Positions 33,401 through 48,151 of a DNA stretch of 64,000 nt are shown piece by piece. This stretch comes from Daphnia carinata (Eukaryota): positions 1,984,001-2,048,000 of the forward strand of contig NC_081334.1 of NCBI RefSeq assembly GCF_022539665.2, read 5' to 3'. The first letter of the stretch is position 1. Each line of letters begins with the position of its first letter. The notes below the pieces were generated by a model that was given only the letters and a program-made list of their open reading frames with translations, was not told where the DNA came from and searched no databases. A program made the position numbers and the translations under genes.

Positions 33401-36400
33401 TCCATCTTACCAACCAAAGGGACATTGAATCCCTGTTTATGAACAAAAATCTCGACTGTCATCGCTTTAAAGTCTAAAAGGAAACCTCTCCCGAAATGCA
33501 CCTGTCATTAGGAAACAAAAGAGTTGACGAACTCTCTTTCGAAAGTTTGAAATGACAGCGGGACAGGCTGTCAACTCGCCCCCCTAAAAATAAATTCATT
33601 ATTTATTTACCTTAGCACGGGACTTTGGGACAAAGTAGGACAACTCTCCCCTCTAAAAAAAAAAAAATCATATGAAGATGCGCATTTGTATATACATCCT
33701 ATAACTGTTCAACAGCCTCTGTGTTTCTTCGAGTTCACGAAGAGATCCCCAAAAAACAAAACAAAAGAAAGGTGATTTTTTTGTTGACAGCAAACAGATG
33801 CAAATCAGCAGATGCCCCCTGGCATCCAAGAATCGTCTATTCTCTTAAAAAGAAATCTCGCAAGTCATTACTCTCTGGGTCGCTTGCCTGTTTGGCAATG
33901 CAAAGTCGAAAGATGATGAAACGAGCGTTACGATTTTGATGTCCATCTTTATACAACTGAGGCGATAAATATACATGTACGAATGAAAGTATGTGGCCCT
34001 ACGGACGAAAAAAAAAAAAGAATAATAATAATAAAAAAAAAACGAACCCGGCCCGGCATTTTGTATATAGAGGTTTGCCCTTACAAGGCCGTCAACAAAC
34101 ACGTAGCACAAGGTGGTGGCTGACGGGCTCTAAAAATGGAAAATCGAAAAAAAAATGTTTTTAACGTCAATGTGCAAAGAGAAAAGGAAAGAGAAAAAAA
34201 ACAAAAAAAACAAGTCCAATTCTGGAGGTGAAACATAAAAAAGAAAAAAATCAAACATTTCTAGTTATGTATAAATGTAAATAATAAGCCAACTAACAAC
34301 AAAAAAAGAAATCTAGTATGTCTCAGTTTTTGTTTCTTTTATATCTCAAGATTAATGTGTTTCTTTTTTTTTTTAAATTTTTTCTTCTACTATATTTCAA
34401 TCTGATTTTCATTGCCAGACTTGAGTCTGATGGATTTCCTAAAAAAGAGATCACGTCGCCAATCGCGTTATTAATATGTATATACAGGCTGACAGATGGG
34501 TAACATCCACACGACACTGGGATGCGGGACCGGATCATATCAGAACAGGTGCCCCGTATTGTAAAAAACAAAACAAAAAACCAGTTGATAAAAAAAATAA
34601 TAATAATCGAATTTGAAGAAAAGAACGTCGTCTAGATTTATGGCCACGATCGCATATTAATTTTCTTTGAATAAAAACATAACTATACGATTTCTGCCTG
34701 CGCAGTTTTTCTTTTTCGTCCTTACTCGACTGAAATGCTCGCCCCTTTTTCATGTGAAAAAGGAGTTAAAAATATCCGCGGTAAGTAAATGAGACGGGGG
34801 AGGAGGGACTGTAAAAACGAAAGAAAATGTTAAAATAATAATAATAATAATAAAAAAAACAGGACCGCGAGAGAAGCTGGTCCTTTTCACGGTGGAAAGA
34901 GTTTCTTAATAATGTAAGCCCTTGGCTCGTTTATTCCAATTCATTAGGGCCGTCAGCTCTCGACTTCTTCATTTTTTTTTCTCGTTTGTCCCTTACACCC
35001 TCCAGACTTTTGCTGCTTGTTATTCCATTTTAATTGATTTTTTAATTCATCTCGGATGTCGTATAACTACACTGGCGCCGTTAAAACGAAAACACTGCCT
35101 ATCTCTGCAGACTTTATTAAACAAAAAAAAATATATATATGTCTAATGAATTCTAACTAAAAAAAAAAATTTCGTTTAATTGCCAGAAGATGAAAAAGCA
35201 AAATGGATAAATTTTGAAATGAAAAACGATGGCCACTCCCACTCGTTTAAAAATCTGTCGATGGTTCGAATTTCTCCTTGCGCCCCCCCCCCCATCCCCT
35301 AGTATATAGAAAATCCAATTTAATGCCATTATTCAAATATCCTTTTTTTTTTTTTTTTTTGGTGATGCTGTAAACTAAGCAGGTGGAATGAGAATTTGAC
35401 TGGCGCCAAGATTTTTGTTCAGCAACGCCCCTAAGTCGATTTTTATAGAAGAAAAATACATTACTACACGTGTGTGTTCGAGCGTATAAGAGGCTCAGTT
35501 GAAAATCCCCTCAAAAATGGAAGCCGAATAAGCTGTTTATATAAAAAAAAATCCTGAAATACGATACAAGAAAAAATGACATCAAAGAAGGTCTTTTAAG
35601 AAATAAAAAAAAATAGACACATAAATGAAAGATGAATCGACATGATTCAATAGACGATTGCCTCTTTAAAAAAAAAAAAAAAAAAAAGACTTATGTATAG
35701 AATGCCAGCGTGTATGGAACCCACATGTGACTCTAACATATTCATGTTGACGTCGGTATACGTGCGTGCAAATATTGACTGCGTACGTTTTTTTATAGCG
35801 GCCGGGCGATGACGCGCACAATCCCCGCATTTTTACACGCGGGCGCAAAACATAAAAGCGTTTTTAGAAATAAAACTATTTTGACTAAGACATCCTTTTA
35901 CATATGAATTTCGTCATCAGTAAGAGGATCTTAAAAAAAAAAAAAATAGTTGAGTATAGACACGCACTAACTTAATCTCCGTGAGGATGGCAACAGAGTG
36001 AGAGAGAGAGAGGCCTATAGATGCGTATCGAATTGCCACAAGAGTTCTCAGCCTGGAACCGGAGACCTTACTAGCCGCTTGCTGCAACCGTGAAATACAA
36101 GAGCGGCTCTCTCTCTCTCTTCTTTTGTTTTGCTTATGCTCGCACATTAAACTTAATTTTTTAAAAATAATTTCTCGAAATTTAAATGTATATCTAATAA
36201 CCATATACTATAGCCGTACGTGTGTGACGCTTGTTGGCTGATTATAAGCAATTCACGGACGTTGTGCATACGCAGCAGCTTAAGGGCTTTTCTTTGGCGT
36301 TACGTTAGCGCCGAGCAACGCGTACCTGTGAAAATTAAAAAAAAAAAATCACGCAGCGGCGGCCTTGCGTGAGTCAGAAATGAAACACAACGAGATGCAG

Positions 36401-39400
36401 ACAAGGACGGCATTCCTTGCAACTGATGCGGCGGAAATGAACTCACTCGCCGCCATCTCGTTTTCATTTTTTGATCGATTGCTCGCTGTTGTGTATGTTT
36501 TTCTTTAATTCCCGGTTGCCGGAATCTTAACAAAATTTCGCGTGATATACCCATTACGCATTTTCCCCATTTGTTCCTTTTCTTTCCCAATTGAAAAAGA
36601 ATCCGCTTGTTATAAACCGCCCAGATATTAACAAAAAAAAAACAACATTTGTATATCTACAACTAAAAACACACAATGTCTGTATTTTTGTGCGTACACG
36701 GAGGATACGACGTTTCTGCTTTCCCAAGCTCTTAAAAAAAACACATTTTCATTTCTTTAGAAGAAAAAAAAAAAAAGGACCTCATTAAATCGGAAATCGT
36801 TTGAATTCAACAGCGTGACGTCATTTGCTGCTGTCGCCAGTCCCTTAGGGCTATTTCTTTCTTTTTTTTTACAAGGGGGTGTTAACTTAAAAAGTATATC
36901 CCCTGAAACCTTGGCTGTCGTGGAACGAGGACGTCTACACCAGCGACGCTTATATGTATATGTATATACAAAACGGTGGAAGGCAAAGTGTCGTCATGAC
37001 CCTAAATGGTAGCGGAGAGGGAACCGGCGTGTGGTTTTTTCTTTTTTTTTTTTTTTTTTTAAAGGAAAATGTATTTTATGGCTTATTGCGGTGCGAGTAT
37101 AATCTATACAATGTTCTTCCTTCATTTTGTTTTTTTTTTATTTCGCGTTCATATACTAAACCCCACCAAAAAAGAAAAAAGTTCGGTTCGTTCTCCACGC
37201 TATTCTGTTATGAGTTTTTTTTTTATTACATTAAAAAAAAAAAAAACGAGGTGTATGCAAAAGAAAATGACATTATTCATCGCGGCGCCGCCGCGTTTAC
37301 TTCCCACGGTTTTTTATAGGATTTCTTCGGTCCTTTATTATTATTTTTTTTTTCCCTCTCCATCTTTCTATATCCTCTAGGATGTCGATTAAGCCATCTT
37401 CGCTAACATTGTATTATACATGGGCTGCTCTATTAGTTGATGCACATTCAACACGTTAGCGGTAAAAACTCTCGGATCCCACAAGCCGAATCCAATGTCG
37501 TTTCGTGATTTCCCATTCGCTCTGTCCGCGCGCTTGTCTTTTTTTTTTTGTTCACGCATTACATTCCCTTTTTTTATTTATTTATTTTTTGAAACGTTCA
37601 ATTAAAAACAAAAAAAGGCAATTCATTTTTTTAGAAATGTAAGGTTTTTTTTTTATTACTTATTGTTCTTTTCGTTCAAACTGCCTTTTCTATAGCGGCC
37701 GTGATAATGACGGTTCAATTTGTTTTCTTGATGGCTCCCTCGAGTTTGGTTGCCATGGCCGACCAAGAGGAACGCAGGAATTTAAATATTCCCAATTTGT
37801 TTTGAATTGAGGCTTGGAATCGATTGGTTAATACATTCATTCCTGCGTTTTGCCAGTTGATTGATTTCTCATAGAGAATGAGGAGCGTTGTACGCATTTC
37901 AATTTGTAATCTCATCGCCTGAATTTGATTTTCCCACGCTGTTTATGCCTATCGAAATTCGTTCTATCCGGTCTCAAGTTGACTCCGTTTCCTTTTATTA
38001 ATGAATTCATCGTCGTACCTAAGAAATGAAATCCGTATCGAAAACAACACCCTTGTCCTCCTCCTTCATTCCATTCCACCTCCTACACCGAAACACGAAT
38101 TCAATCGATCCGCTTTTTGTCGCTGATCGAAGGCGGTTTGAATACATCAACTTCTCCTTTTTTTTTTCTTCTTCTCTCAAAAATTCCAAAAGGATCATAT
38201 ATCATCTGTACAGTAACGTCTCTCTTGTTGGTTTCTCCCCCCCCCCCAATTTCCAGTTGAGCATCAGCAGTCCGCCTCCTTTTGCCCATTTTCTTCTTCA
38301 TATCTCGTAATGCCATCATCATCATGGCATGTATAATATACCGACCCAAAAAGAAAATGCGCGTGTTTTTTTCTTTACTCACACACATACACACGGGTGG
38401 TCTGCGTTCACTTTCATCTTTGGAATTTTTTTTTTTTCTCCCGCCGGCTTTTTCTTTCTGGTAATACACTATCGCATTCAAATCACCCCTTTCATATAGT
38501 CACGTCGGGATCCCCGACATTCATTTTTTTTTTTTCTTAATAAAAAAAGATTATAAAGGGATGAAATGGGTAAACTCTTTCGACACACGCACTTATATAG
38601 AAACTCATTACAAACGTTTTTTTTTAGTCGGTGAGGGGGGGGGGAAGGGTGGGGACTTAAAAAAGCAATGATGTTTTTAATTGGATCGTTATATATATAT
38701 ATGAAGCGTGCTTATTATATTCTACTGCTTTCGTTTGGCTACAAAAAAAAAAAAAAAAGGCCAAATGGATGGAGAGGTTGAACCGTGACCCGTGCGGGTG
38801 GTCGAGAAGAGGTTGGGCCAGGTGCTGTGCAGTAGGTCTAACAAAAAGAAGAAGAGGCTTTCGATGCATATGCCCAACGTTTTTTCTTCGAGATTCTTCC
38901 GGGCGTTTCCGTTTGGTTGTTATCCAATAGAGATGAATGGCACTGTGTGTGTGTATGTGTGTGTGTAAAAAAAAGAAAAGATTCCAAAGAATCAGGCATG
39001 CGAACAGAAGAATCTACGGATAGCGTCGTCTTGAAAAAGGGGAACACCAGCATCGTAGACGTCGCGCCACACACACACACACACAGAACATCTCCTTTCC
39101 CCTACGTCCGATTTTTCTTTTGTTATTTCCATATCATTTTATACCTTTTTTTTTTTTTTTTTTTAAAGAACTATGTAAGGAGAAATAAATAAATAATGTG
39201 CTGCTCTTTTGTTCTCTGCCTTCTTTCTCCACATCCGGCCGAATAGAAAATAATACATTTATACGGAAAAATTTTGAATCAATTGATACAACATGATAGA
39301 AAAGATACGACACGTTTTTTTTCATTTTGGGGTTCGAAATTGTGGAATGCTAAAAGGAGCTGTAATGCGCTTTCAAGTTCCCTGGAACGCTAACGAGCAT

Positions 39401-42400
39401 TAAAGGATACACGGAACGGTAGAAAGAGAATTCAAGTAGCTCTGGCCGTTGTATACCGCTGGCCATGTAATTTTCGCGACTGGCACTTTGCGCATTTCCC
39501 TTCTAACATTTTTCTGTTTAACGAACGAATATTGTTAAAGCTTTAAATTCGGCTTTGTTTTTTATTTTTATACGCAACGGCGAGAAGCGCGCTTAGGTCA
39601 TTTCAAGTCGGTTCCTTCCGGACCGGATGTCATTTTCACCGGGGTAGCGTTGGATGGCCATTTATTTTTCTTTTTTCCATCGCCCCAATGCGGTTTTTTC
39701 CGATAATGAACAATTTTGTCTTCTTTTTTTTTTTAACTAAAAATCTTAAAAGAAGAACAAAGTTCTTTTGACCTCTAGTGTGTTGGCTATTAAAGTTTAT
39801 TAAGGACATTGGATATACTATCTTGCTTAAACGTTTGCCATCATTTTTTTTTCTTCTCCTTTCTTTTGTACTAACTTTATTTCCTCAAAGAAAAATCTGA
39901 TCACAATAGCGACGCAAAACGATCAGACGGTGGAATCGCTATACATAATGGCCGTCATCATTTTCAATCGGGAAGTAACGATGATGTGCCTTTTTTTCTT
40001 TTTTTTTTTTTTAGAAACCACAAACTAGGACCGTAACATACTGCGACCAACCGTTAATTGGCACTGTAATTGATGGTTGCGGTAGTAGCAGTAGCACATT
40101 ATAGTTTAAAGGAAAAAAAAAGATAGTTGGTTTGGTGTCCTTCGGCTGACAGGCGCCATGGCAAATGGGAGGAGTCGACCATGCGAAAGTTTCTTATTTT
40201 CATCGCTAGATGGCGTTGGCGCCAGCTGACCAGCACACAAAAGTAGCCAAAAGACGAGGGAAAAAAGCGGCTGAACCCGCGTCTGCGCCACCAGTTGCAT
40301 TGTGGCGTTTAGTGGTGCCTCGTTAGTTTGTCGTGTCCAGTGAACCCGTGTGACTCTTCGTTTCTCGCTAGCTGTTTCCGTGAACATTATTCGGGAGAAC
40401 AAGCAAAGACAACGTCGACAGTCGTGAACATCGTTGTGCAAGCCATTTGTTTCTTCAATACAAACCATTTGTATGTTTCTGAAAAAGCTTCAAACGAAGA
40501 TCAGTCGTCTTGCAAGTGGAAGATAGAACGTGTCGTGCCGACTTTAGCTCCAGGGTGCTCTCTACTATTTCTCCTTTTCTTCCTGAGAAAAGAGAGAAGT
40601 AAATTTTCTTTTTTAACGCATATCGACTAATTGTCGATTGGAAATGACGTACAAAAAAAGTGGAAGAAACTGAAATAAGAAAACGGGCAAGTGCACCACG
40701 TGATTTGTTTTGCCTCGACATCGAATGGAATCAAAACATTGACAACATTCCCTTCGTCCCTAACCCGTTACAAGTTAAACATTTTGGAATTAATCTCTCT
40801 GATTCGAAAACAACAACACAAAAAAAAAACAACCAAAAACCAAAAGGGGGAACACAAAAAACGTGTTTAGTTGAAACGACGTCGAAGAGCAAATGGCGGC
40901 CAACGGGCGCCATCAACTCAACGGTAAGTTCTCTCCATTTTTCCCTTTTTATATCCACTTTTCTTTCCGTTTCCAAGCAAGAGCCCGTGTAATTGCAGAT
41001 GATTGTGAGAAACGGTCAATGAGGTCGTGATGGCCTTTAGCAGAGGGGGGACGTCAGGAATGTTCAGCGCCCACGCCCGTACTAAAAAGGCGTGTGAATC
41101 ATGAACTTGTGCTACTCTCTCTCTATCTCCCTCTTACTTTGTACATTTGGAGAAAAAAAAAAGAGAAATACTCGTGTAGAAAGGCTAGACGTTGAAGAGT
41201 CCTTGAAATAGAAGAAAAAAGCTGGTAGTGTCTGTCAAATTGCTGTTTAAAGCCCCGTTGAAAATCTCCCGATTTTCTTGAGATGCTGTGGTTCCAAACG
41301 GAGTGGAGGAAACCAACGGTAAGAGGGAGGGGGGGGGGGGAGGTGACTGGAATTTTTCCTTCCTGTAAAAGAAAGAATAAAAAAGAGTTTCCCCCCTCCA
41401 CCCTTCAAAATAAGAAATGACCTGGAAACGTCCCTGTGTAGCCTTCAGCTATTCTTTTCCCCTTCCATCTTCTTTCTTTTAAGAAGGGGGGGGGGGACCA
41501 TCTTGTAAACACGTTGAGGATGGCTCCAAATTACAAGCGAGTTGCTATGTCTTTTAGGATCTCCCCCCTCGCCCATTTTCTTTTTTGAACGGACGCCATG
41601 ATGACCGAGAGGGGCGCATTTCAAAAACACTCTTTATTTTGACCCTTGGAAAACACGAGTTTGACACTCGTGTTTTGCGACCTATCGCCCCGTTATCTTT
41701 TCGCTTCCTCCTCGTCCCACTTTGCCAAAACTCTTTGGAGAAAAGGGAATGACCTGCGAGTTATTACAAGAGGCTACCACCAAGATAAAAGGCACACCAC
41801 TTGAACCGTTCCACATTCGATTTTGTAAGGAAAGCAAAAAAAAAAAAAAGGTTCATTTGCATAACAGAAGATGGTGAGAGAGTGGTAGAAATGTTATCAA
41901 TGTACACGTAGCGAAATTTGGATAGTTTACCATTTCCTTTGGTGATGAATGGACACGTTGGGATTCCGTGAGGAGCACCAATCGGGAGGAAGAGAAACTG
42001 CGAATCATCACGCACCTGATGGACTCGCATTAAAAATCTCGTGGAATTCTAAAGAGCCTCCCGTGAAACTCAGGGGGGAGGCAGTGTCGATTTTTGTATT
42101 TAAAACAAAAATTGCCTCTTGTTATCAACGTCTTAGCGATGCAACTCCTTCCGGTTTGTTGAAGAAAAGTCAGAACGTAACAATTTTAACGGGATTTTGT
42201 TTTTTTTTTGTTCTCTTTGTTTGGAGGAGAAAATTGAACTTCGGGATTTTTTGAATGGCTAGAGGAGAGAGAGAAAAAAAAACGATGTTGTGTTTCGTCT
42301 TGGGTGGTTTATTTTGTTGCTGGGTCGACATGGAAAGATCCGGGAGTGGGCTCAAGTCACGTCATTTGGCCATGCACAATCGAGTTGAATGTTCTATCGC

Positions 42401-44109
42401 AATATCGTCGTAAAGAAAACTTGTCTATAAACCAGCATTCTCTTCTTCTTGCTCTTTTCTGTGCATCGTTAACATCTTCCTCAAGGGGGGGGGGGGGGGA
42501 ATGCACAACATGACGATTTATGATGTTGCCTGTAACGCGGATGGCCAAAAATGCGTCCTCCTGACGAATTAAAATGTGCCCGTGATGACAGCTTGAAAAT
42601 ATTCACGTTTTGTTTGCATTTCCCAGCCCCTCTCAAAGAAATTATAGATTTTCTCTTTCCAAATAAGAAATAACCAGATTTTGTATTATTTTTGGGGAGG
42701 GAATGGAGGGACGTGTGTGTGTATATAGAATAGTAGAAAAGCATTTGGGAAAAAGGAGAGATTGCATCGAACCAACCAAACGTGTCCGCTCATTTGAATG
42801 TGGTGTAAAAGCCCTTTTTTTTTTTTAAATTCAACTTACCTTGTGTTCTCTTCCAGTTTTCAAGCTCGAACGATCACGAAAAAGCCCAACCTTAATCTCG
42901 TTCCATCTGCTTTCGTGTTGTGTTTTGTTATGGAAAAAGAAATCAAAGCCGTCAATTCGACCTTGGCATGGCCTTTAATTGGGTGTTGTAGTCGGCTGGC
43001 CATTGAGTTGCCACATCTCTCGAGCCGTTCATTTGTTTTTTCTTCGTCAGGCGTGAAACCTTTTAACACGATTGCCCATCTTGGAAAAAAGAGGATTTTT
43101 AAAAGACTAAATAAATTCCCGTCGCTAAAGTTTATTAACAAACTATAACACCCTTGTTTCGAGGCTCCTTGCCAAGTGGTACCAGTTCTATTTTTAAAAG
43201 CTTTTTGATCATCTCTGGGATCATTCTTTTTCCCTACTTTTTGGAGGAAACTGATTCTCTGTTAAACAAATTCATTTTTTCCATCCCCATCAAAATTGGT
43301 TTAAAACATTTTGCATCTCATTATAAATTTTGTTTGTTTTTTTTTCTTCCCCAACGTCGTTATCTGAAAATCGTTTTTCATCAACTTCATTTGGGACAAG
43401 AAAAAAAAGGAGGTGCTGTCATTGTTTTCTTTTCATTCCGCTTGGAATGTCTTACGTCCCTTCGGGTACGTTTCTTTACTTTGAAAAAAAAAAAAATCGT
43501 GTTGAGGTAGCCGCGAGGCGTGAATCTGGTGCCAGTTCATAACAACAGACGCATTCCTTGACAAATGACTGATCTCTTTTCAAATGATATCAGCTCCTTC
43601 AATCCTTTTGTTTTTTTTTAAAAGAACAAAAAAAAATAAAGTGCCTTGATAATATGCAAAAATGACAGTTTGTTCCAGTTGAAATGCGCTGAAAATGATC
43701 TAAGCAAAGACAAACAGAGAAATGTTTCATTCACGCAGTTGAAAATGGCTGTTGACGTGAGGTGTAAGGCAAGCTATTAACACGTCTGCGATACGCACCT
43801 GTCGTGAGATGAATCAACTTGTCCTGTTTTCTTCTAAGTTGTTTGATTTCATTGCATTACATTCCATTTGTGGATGTTGTTTTCTTTTTTAAACCTTTAT
43901 CTGTTAAAAAAAAAAAAACGCAAATAGGAGGAATCGGGGGCTGACATTGTGCGGTTGATGAACGAGCATCTGCCAGAGATAGACGGACGGAGAGAGAGAG
44001 AGAAAACAAGCGCCTGGTGTCTGTTTTCTATCCTTTTACGAGAGCCTATAACGTCGGGCCGGAGAGTTATTATTTCGCTATCCTTGTTGTCGGCCTGATT
44101 ATATACATC

Positions 44110-47100
44110 ATGGCTGCCGACCGCCGTCGCTCCCGCTTCTGGACAGCATCTTTAGTCATCACGGGCCTTCTGGCCGCCACTGCTGGTATGTGGTTGTTAT
44201 TACACTTTCTTCGTTTTCAAAGAAAAAGAACGGCATCAATAAGCCAACATGATAAACGATTGTTTGTCTTTGATGATTAGATTAAAAAAAAACAAAAAAA
44301 CCACGTAAATATAACACGCGCTTCGTTTATATTTAATGATTCGTTTTTTGCTTTTTAAACCGATTGAAAATAAAATTATATATATATTTTTTTTTTTTGA
44401 AAAAATGTAGTGAGGGCTGTCACGATGACGTCGGGAGTGTCTTTCGTCCGCTCACCTCAACCGATCGTGGCGCCTCCCGGCGATCGAGTGGTCTTTGAGT
44501 GCGAGACCAACGTTCCACCCGAACGGGTCGTCTGGCTTCACAATGGCGCCGATATGTCAGCTCATTACAATAACAGTGGAGCTTCTTCCTCTTCCAATCG
44601 CCGTAAAGGCAGACGGGCCATCGACGAAGAGGCCGCCTCATTTCGAATGTAAAAAATCGCATTTCCTTATTTCTTTTTTTTTCGAATTTAAAATTATAAA
44701 AGAAAAACAAATGGTTAACAGGCGAGAGGGTGAAGGGTCTCCCAAATCGGCCGTTCATCTCATCCTCAGGATTAGCAAGAATCCTCACCGATATCGACAG
44801 CAGGCTGGAGACTATCAGGTCCGTTCAACTGATAGACGCGTGAAATTTTGATGTTCTAACTTGATGATTGGCATACGTTTTAGTGCGTGGCTTGGTTTGG
44901 AGCTGTGGCCTTGACGTCGTTACCTGCCCGCTTATCCATCGCTGTGCTCGGCGATTTTCCTCATTTACCTTCGTCGTTTGTGACGTCATTGGATGCAGAG
45001 TGAGTTTATCATTTGTATTTTTTTTGGCACAAGAATTTTTTTTTCTTGGGAGGGCCGTCGGTCTGATTTCCGGGCTCATTGCAGGTCAGTTCAACCATCT
45101 GGACCGGGCCGGCCGACGTTGAGAGACAACAATGGCAGTGGGTTATCGACCAGTGGCAGCGTCTACGTTCTGGATGTGTTTGCCGGCGAAACGGCCGTCC
45201 TTCCGTGCCCTCCACCTCCATCCGACCCGCCTGCCACACTCACCTTCTTCAAGGATGGCAAGCCCGTCATCCATAACGGTACGATATGCGTTCCAGCAGT
45301 TCTTTTTTTTCAAGCGCTTTCAATTCACCTTGTGTTTTTTTCAAATAGATCGCGTGAGGCTGATGGTATCGGGTAATTTGCACATCATCAACGCCAGTTC
45401 GGCGGACCAAGGGCTTTATTCGTGCACGGCAGCCAACCACATCACGGGCGAGCTGATTGATGGTCAGCGCGTTCTCAAGTTGGTGGTCAGAGGAGCTCCC
45501 GTTAGAACCAAACCGGCGACAATCACTTGGCAGCCGGAAGAGAGATACATTAGCCAAATTGGTACGTGTAAATCTTTCGTGCGAAAACAATTGCCGGTTT
45601 TCATTTGTTTTTGTTTATTTATTTATTTTTATTTTTTTTTTTTTTAAAAAGGCCATAACGTAACTTTGGAATGCGCCGTGACCGGCTGGCCGAAACCTCA
45701 GATCCGATGGATCCGTGATGGCAACCTACCACTTCCTGTCGGTCGTTCCTATTACCTGGGAGGTGGAGCCCTGGTCGTCACCGGCCTGATGGACCAGGAC
45801 GAAGGTGGTTACAATTGCGAGGCGTCGAATGCGGCTGGCCCGCCTATTCGATCGCCGACTCTATTGCAACTGACCGAACCGGTTGCAATCATCAAGTCGC
45901 CCAAAGATTCCCGGGTGGAAGAAGGAGCTCAAGTCGTTTTGGCTTGTGAAGCTCGAGGACGGCCTCCACCTCAACACTATTGGGTCTTTAACGGCAACGC
46001 GTTGAACAACGATACTCACGTTATCATTACAGGTTTGAAGAAGAAAAAAAATTGATTGCTATAAAGAAAAATGCATTTAAAATTCAATGATTGGTTTGCA
46101 CAGATCAACAATTGACTATCCTCAACGTTACCAAGCGTCATGCTGGCATCTTTCAGTGCTTCGTGTCCAATTCATTAAGCAAAGTCGACGGCGGGGCGGC
46201 CACGCTGGAAGTGATCCCTCGCTCTAAAGTCGCCTCGTCGCTGTCGTCCAGCTCGTCGCTGACGGCGTTCTCGGACGAAGAGGACGACGATGATCTCGAC
46301 GCGGATAGTTTCTTCGATCCGACGGTGGCGCCGCCGCCGTTAAAACCTACGCCCGAAACGTCGGAGAAAAAGGGCAAAGCCAAAGGAGGCAAAAATCGAC
46401 CTAGAGGTTCGTCCCAGTGTAAAATTCAATTGTTTAAATTAATTTAATTGATTAAAAAATATTCATTTATTTTTAAATGACGCAGAAATGATACCGCCTA
46501 CTCGACCGAATATTACTCGCTTGACGGATGAGTCGGTGATGGTCCGCTGGTCGGTTCCGCCCAACGAAGGATTGCCCATCGAATTTTTCAAAGTCCAGTA
46601 TAAAGAAGCGGATAAACGAGGATCACGCTGGAAAACCATTGATGAGGACATCCCCTCGCACATCCGGAGTTATGAAGTGTCCGGCCTCAGATCCGGACAG
46701 ACTTATCGGTTCCGGATAGCCGCCGTCTACTCCAACAACGACAACAAACTGGGGCCCAACTCTGGCCGTTTTCTGTTGGAGAAAGAAGCGCCAAAGAGAA
46801 AACCCGGCTTCAGTCCAGTCATTGAAATAGCCGAGGCCGTCAGTCAGTCCGCCATCATGATCCAGTGGAAGGTACGTTTTTCTTTTGTTTTTGTATTTTT
46901 TTTTTGTTTGTTGAGCTTTGAACAAGAAAATTAGCGTTCACATGGCGAATTCGTGAACCCGCGTGTTATTTTTATTTTATTTTATTTCTTTATGATTTGC
47001 TTACTTTGCATAGTATCCCGAATTGGACAGCGTTCCTCTTGAGGGCTTCTTTATTTATTATCGTTCGACGACCAGTGCCGGAGATTACACCAAGGTGACT

Positions 47101-48151
47101 GTGCTGGGCGGTAACACCCGCACCCACATTGTCACCCATTTATTGCCCGAGACCCATTACGACCTCAAGATGCAGGCGTTCAACATGCAGGTACCTTGAA
47201 ATAATTTCACACCCTTCTTTTTCTTTTCTTCTTCTTCTCCTACCACCCACGAATCCGGGAATTTAAAAATTAAATAAAACATATTAAAATATCAAAATAT
47301 TTAAACTTGGAATGATCAGGGTACGTCAGAATTCAGCCGAATTGTGACAGCCAAGACGCAGAGTTCGACGATCTTCACGCCTTCGTCTTCCACGAATCGA
47401 CAGCACAATGGAATGCATCGAGATTCCGACACGAGCAACAGCATCGGCCCGTTGGATGTGGTCAGCTCAGATACGGCAGTCACGAACGACACCCTTTACG
47501 TCGTGCTCGGCTCCGTCCTGGGTGGTCTCACTGTCCTGGTGGTCCTCCTGGTCGCCCTCTATCACTGTCGCCAAAGGAGCGCAGAACGAGGTACAAAAAA
47601 AAAAGCATTTTTGATTCATTTCCAAATGCGCCTCTCTCTTGACAGTCGTGACTATAAATATCTATTTTTGAAAAAAAAAAACAAAAAAACCAATAGAGCA
47701 TGATCGTTCCGTATGGAATGGCAAAGCCATCACGAACGAGAACGGCAATACGATCAGCGTGTCGCCCAATCATCACTACGTTCACCATCATCACCACAAG
47801 ATGCACAATGGATTCGTCGATCAGCAGCGGCCCATCTATTCGACCGACGGCCAGCACGCGGACAATGACGACACGGCAGAGACGTCGTTTTGCCAACGGA
47901 CGCTTCAACATCGTTCGTCGGGAGATTTGCTACGGTCCACGGACAGCCTTTCGCGCGGCTCGTTGAAACGCGGCTACGTGCGCAACGGGTCGACTCCCAG
48001 CCTCCACCAGCATCCGGCAAACAGGAAAGTAATCGATTCGAATACTTTACCTTTACTCATGCATCATAATAATGGCCGTCGTGAGCCGTGTATGGACGAC
48101 GCCGAATGGGAGGCGTCTGTCCCGCCGGCCGACAGCGAAAAATTCATTTGA
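44110..48151 (+). CDS. ihog: Interference hedgehog (Ihog/Boi, CDON/BOC family) Hedgehog co-receptor
   Basis: Signal-peptide exon, four Ig domains, two FN3 domains (PPTRPNITRLTDESVMVRW..GLPIEFFKVQY; YRFRIAAVYSNNDNK), a TM helix (LYVVLGSVLGGLTVLVVLLVALY) and a cytoplasmic tail ending at TGA 48151. Confidence 0.92.

Noticed and set aside
31000..43600. Numerous short ORFs
   Set aside because: Phe/Lys-rich translations of homopolymer runs, with no domains or consistent splice structure.
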